A stretch of 64,000 nucleotides of DNA from Eledone cirrhosa (taxonomy: Eukaryota): positions 2,790,001 to 2,854,000 of the forward strand of contig OZ024748.1 in NCBI GenBank assembly GCA_964016885.1, written 5' to 3'. Made by a program: the position numbers and the translations under genes. Positions within the stretch are counted from its first letter, which is position 1; each line of letters opens with the position of its first letter. The notes beneath the pieces were generated by a model, which was not told the origin of the DNA, ran no database searches, and was given only the letters and a program-made list of their open reading frames with translations. This document shows, piece after piece, positions 61,028-64,000 of the stretch.

Positions 61028-61092
61028 ATATTTTATCTGATGAGGACGTACTGAAACACCATTGTACCTTTGAAATATGTATAATAAAATAT
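61028..61092 (+). ncRNA. Hammerhead motif, 46128 family, degenerate stem II
   Basis: Stem I ATATTTTAT/ATAAAATAT (9 bp), CTGATGA, GAA-ATATGTAT-A. Confidence 0.55.
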
Positions 61093-61610
61093 ATATTTTG
61101 GTTATGAGAATATTTTTCATTTATTAACATTTTGAATAATATAATACTTATATATATATATATATATATATATAATGAATATATATGAATATAAATATAT
61201 ATATATATATATACTTATATATATATGAATACATATATATCCTTATATATATATTTTGAATGTATATATGAATATATATATATATGTAAATATAATATAT
61301 AATATATATATATATTATGTATATATATTCAAATACATATGCCTCTACACATATATATTATATATATATAATATATATATTACTTATATATTATGTATAT
61401 ATATATTATGTATATATAACATATATATTATGTATGTATTATGTATATATATATATATTATATATATATATGATGTAAGTATATATATTATATATATATA
61501 TATATATGATGTATGTATATATATATTATATATATATTATGTGTATATATATATATATTTATATATAATCTATATATATATATTATATATATAATATGTG
61601 TATATATATC

Positions 61611-61643
<33 letters not shown>

Positions 61644-61885
61644 GAACATATATATATTATATATATAGTATATATATATATATATTATATATATATATAT
61701 AGTATATATATATTATATATATATAGTATATATATATTATATATATATATAGAGTATATTTATATATATTATATATATATATCGAGTATATATATATAAT
61801 GTATATCATATATATATTATATATATATATATTACATATATATATATATATATATTATATATACATATATAATATATATATATAT

Positions 61886-61956
<71 letters not shown>

Positions 61957-61958
61957 TG

Positions 61959-61989
<31 letters not shown>

Positions 61990-61991
61990 TG

Positions 61992-62022
<31 letters not shown>

Positions 62023-62024
62023 TG

Positions 62025-62055
<31 letters not shown>

Positions 62056-62095
62056 TGTATGTATATATATATATATTGTGTACATATATATTATA

Positions 62096-62134
<39 letters not shown>

Positions 62135-62244
62135 TGTATGTATATATATATATATATATATTGTGTACATATTTATATATATATATATATATATTGTGTA
62201 CATATATATTATATATATATATAATATATATATATATTGTATAC

Positions 62245-62276
<32 letters not shown>

Positions 62277-62295
62277 AATATATATATATATTGTG

Positions 62296-62333
<38 letters not shown>

Positions 62334-62335
62334 CA

Positions 62336-62417
<82 letters not shown>

Positions 62418-62581
62418 GTACATATATATATATATACATACATGCTTATATATACTTTTATTTTCCCGTTTTCCGATGTATTATTTATAACAACCATATG
62501 TGCTTACTGTTTCATTATATTTTCCACCCTCACACACACATGCATATATATATATATATATATAATGCAGACACACACACA

Positions 62582-62634
<53 letters not shown>

Positions 62635-62743
62635 GCAGACATATATATATATATATATATACATACATGCAGACATATATATATATATATATATACATAC
62701 ATGCAGACATATATATATATATAATGCAGACACACACACACTC

Positions 62744-62774
<31 letters not shown>

Positions 62775-62858
62775 CATGCAGACATATATATATATGTACA
62801 TGCAAACATATATATATGACATATATATATATAAATATATAATGCAGACACACACACA

Positions 62859-62922
<64 letters not shown>

Positions 62923-63571
62923 CATGCAGACATATATATATATGTACATGCAGACATATATATATGACATATATATATAAATATATATATATAAATATAT
63001 ATAATTATATACCCCTCTACACACATATTACCGTCTTGTAACGGTCTAGTTGACATTGTGTTGTTATATTAAGCAGCTACGATATATCATGTCACACTAT
63101 TCATATCATATATATGTATTTATAAACATGCATGATGGCTGAGTATTTGGTACGGCAACTACTTCTCTACGCCTATATGTTGATATGTGTATATATATGT
63201 GTATATATAGATATATATTCAGCTTTATAATTATTTATATTTACGTTTATATATATATGTATATATATATATATTCATGGTTGTATGGTTATGTATATAT
63301 ATATATATATATATATAACTTTGATCGGTTTCGGCCAGTATTGGCCTATATATATATATATATATATATACATATATATATGAAATCTTTACTTGTATTA
63401 TTCCATTGAAAGTTATAAAGATGTAAGAACAGAAGTATGTCTGCACAGGTGAATATAACTGGTACAACAGTAAATAGAAATAGAAATGAGACACCAATAT
63501 AGACATATATATACATATATACATATATATTCATATATATTCATATATATATGTATATATATATATATGTG

Positions 63572-63615
<44 letters not shown>

Positions 63616-63991
63616 CATATATACTTACATATATACATGTATATATATATATATTTGTATATATATTTATATAGGTATGTATGTGTATATATATATGTAC
63701 ATATATATACACATATATATGTGTATGTGTATATACATATTTATATATGTGTATGTGTATATATATATATATATATTTATATATGTCTACATATATATAT
63801 GTCTACATATATATGTATATGTGTATATATATTCATATATACATATATATGTATATGTGTATATATATTCATATATATATATATGTATATATACATATAT
63901 ATATATGTACATAAATGTATATTTTTGATGTATATATGTTTGTATGTATGTATATTACACAGTATAACAAAATACGTAATAATTTTTGTAA

Positions 63992-64000
63992 ACTTACCTC
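63992..64000 (-). other. Candidate 5' splice donor (GAG|GTAAGT) at window edge
   Basis: ACTTACCTC reads GAG/GTAAGT on the reverse strand, a perfect U2 donor consensus; the exon would lie outside the window. Confidence 0.35.

Overview
A very AT-rich, non-coding eukaryotic window saturated with microsatellites ((TA)n, (CA)n, (GA)n, (TATG)n, (CAC/CAT)n) and minisatellites. The SINE families and repeat landscape resemble an octopus (coleoid cephalopod) genome; this is an inference from remembered repeat motifs, not a search result. No intact protein-coding gene is supported, and essentially all ORF-track entries are translations of simple repeats. The non-simple sequence consists of tRNA-derived SINEs (two families), Tc1/mariner MITEs, a non-autonomous Helitron, decayed RTE and CRE non-LTR retrotransposon fragments, and many short 100-300 bp elements sitting in (TA)n tracts. 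The main observation is that these (TA)n-embedded elements fall into about ten distinct sequence families. Most carry a type I hammerhead ribozyme fold (stem I - CUGANGA - stem II - GAAA - palindromic stem III - NUH - stem I), and many carry a fold-back inverted duplication, as expected for Penelope-like element (PLE) pseudo-LTR remnants. Several cores look intact, and one family has a fixed CAGAAGA core variant. A perfect minus-strand splice donor at the right edge suggests the window may lie in a large intron. All folds and alignments were done by eye and coordinates are approximate to a few bases.
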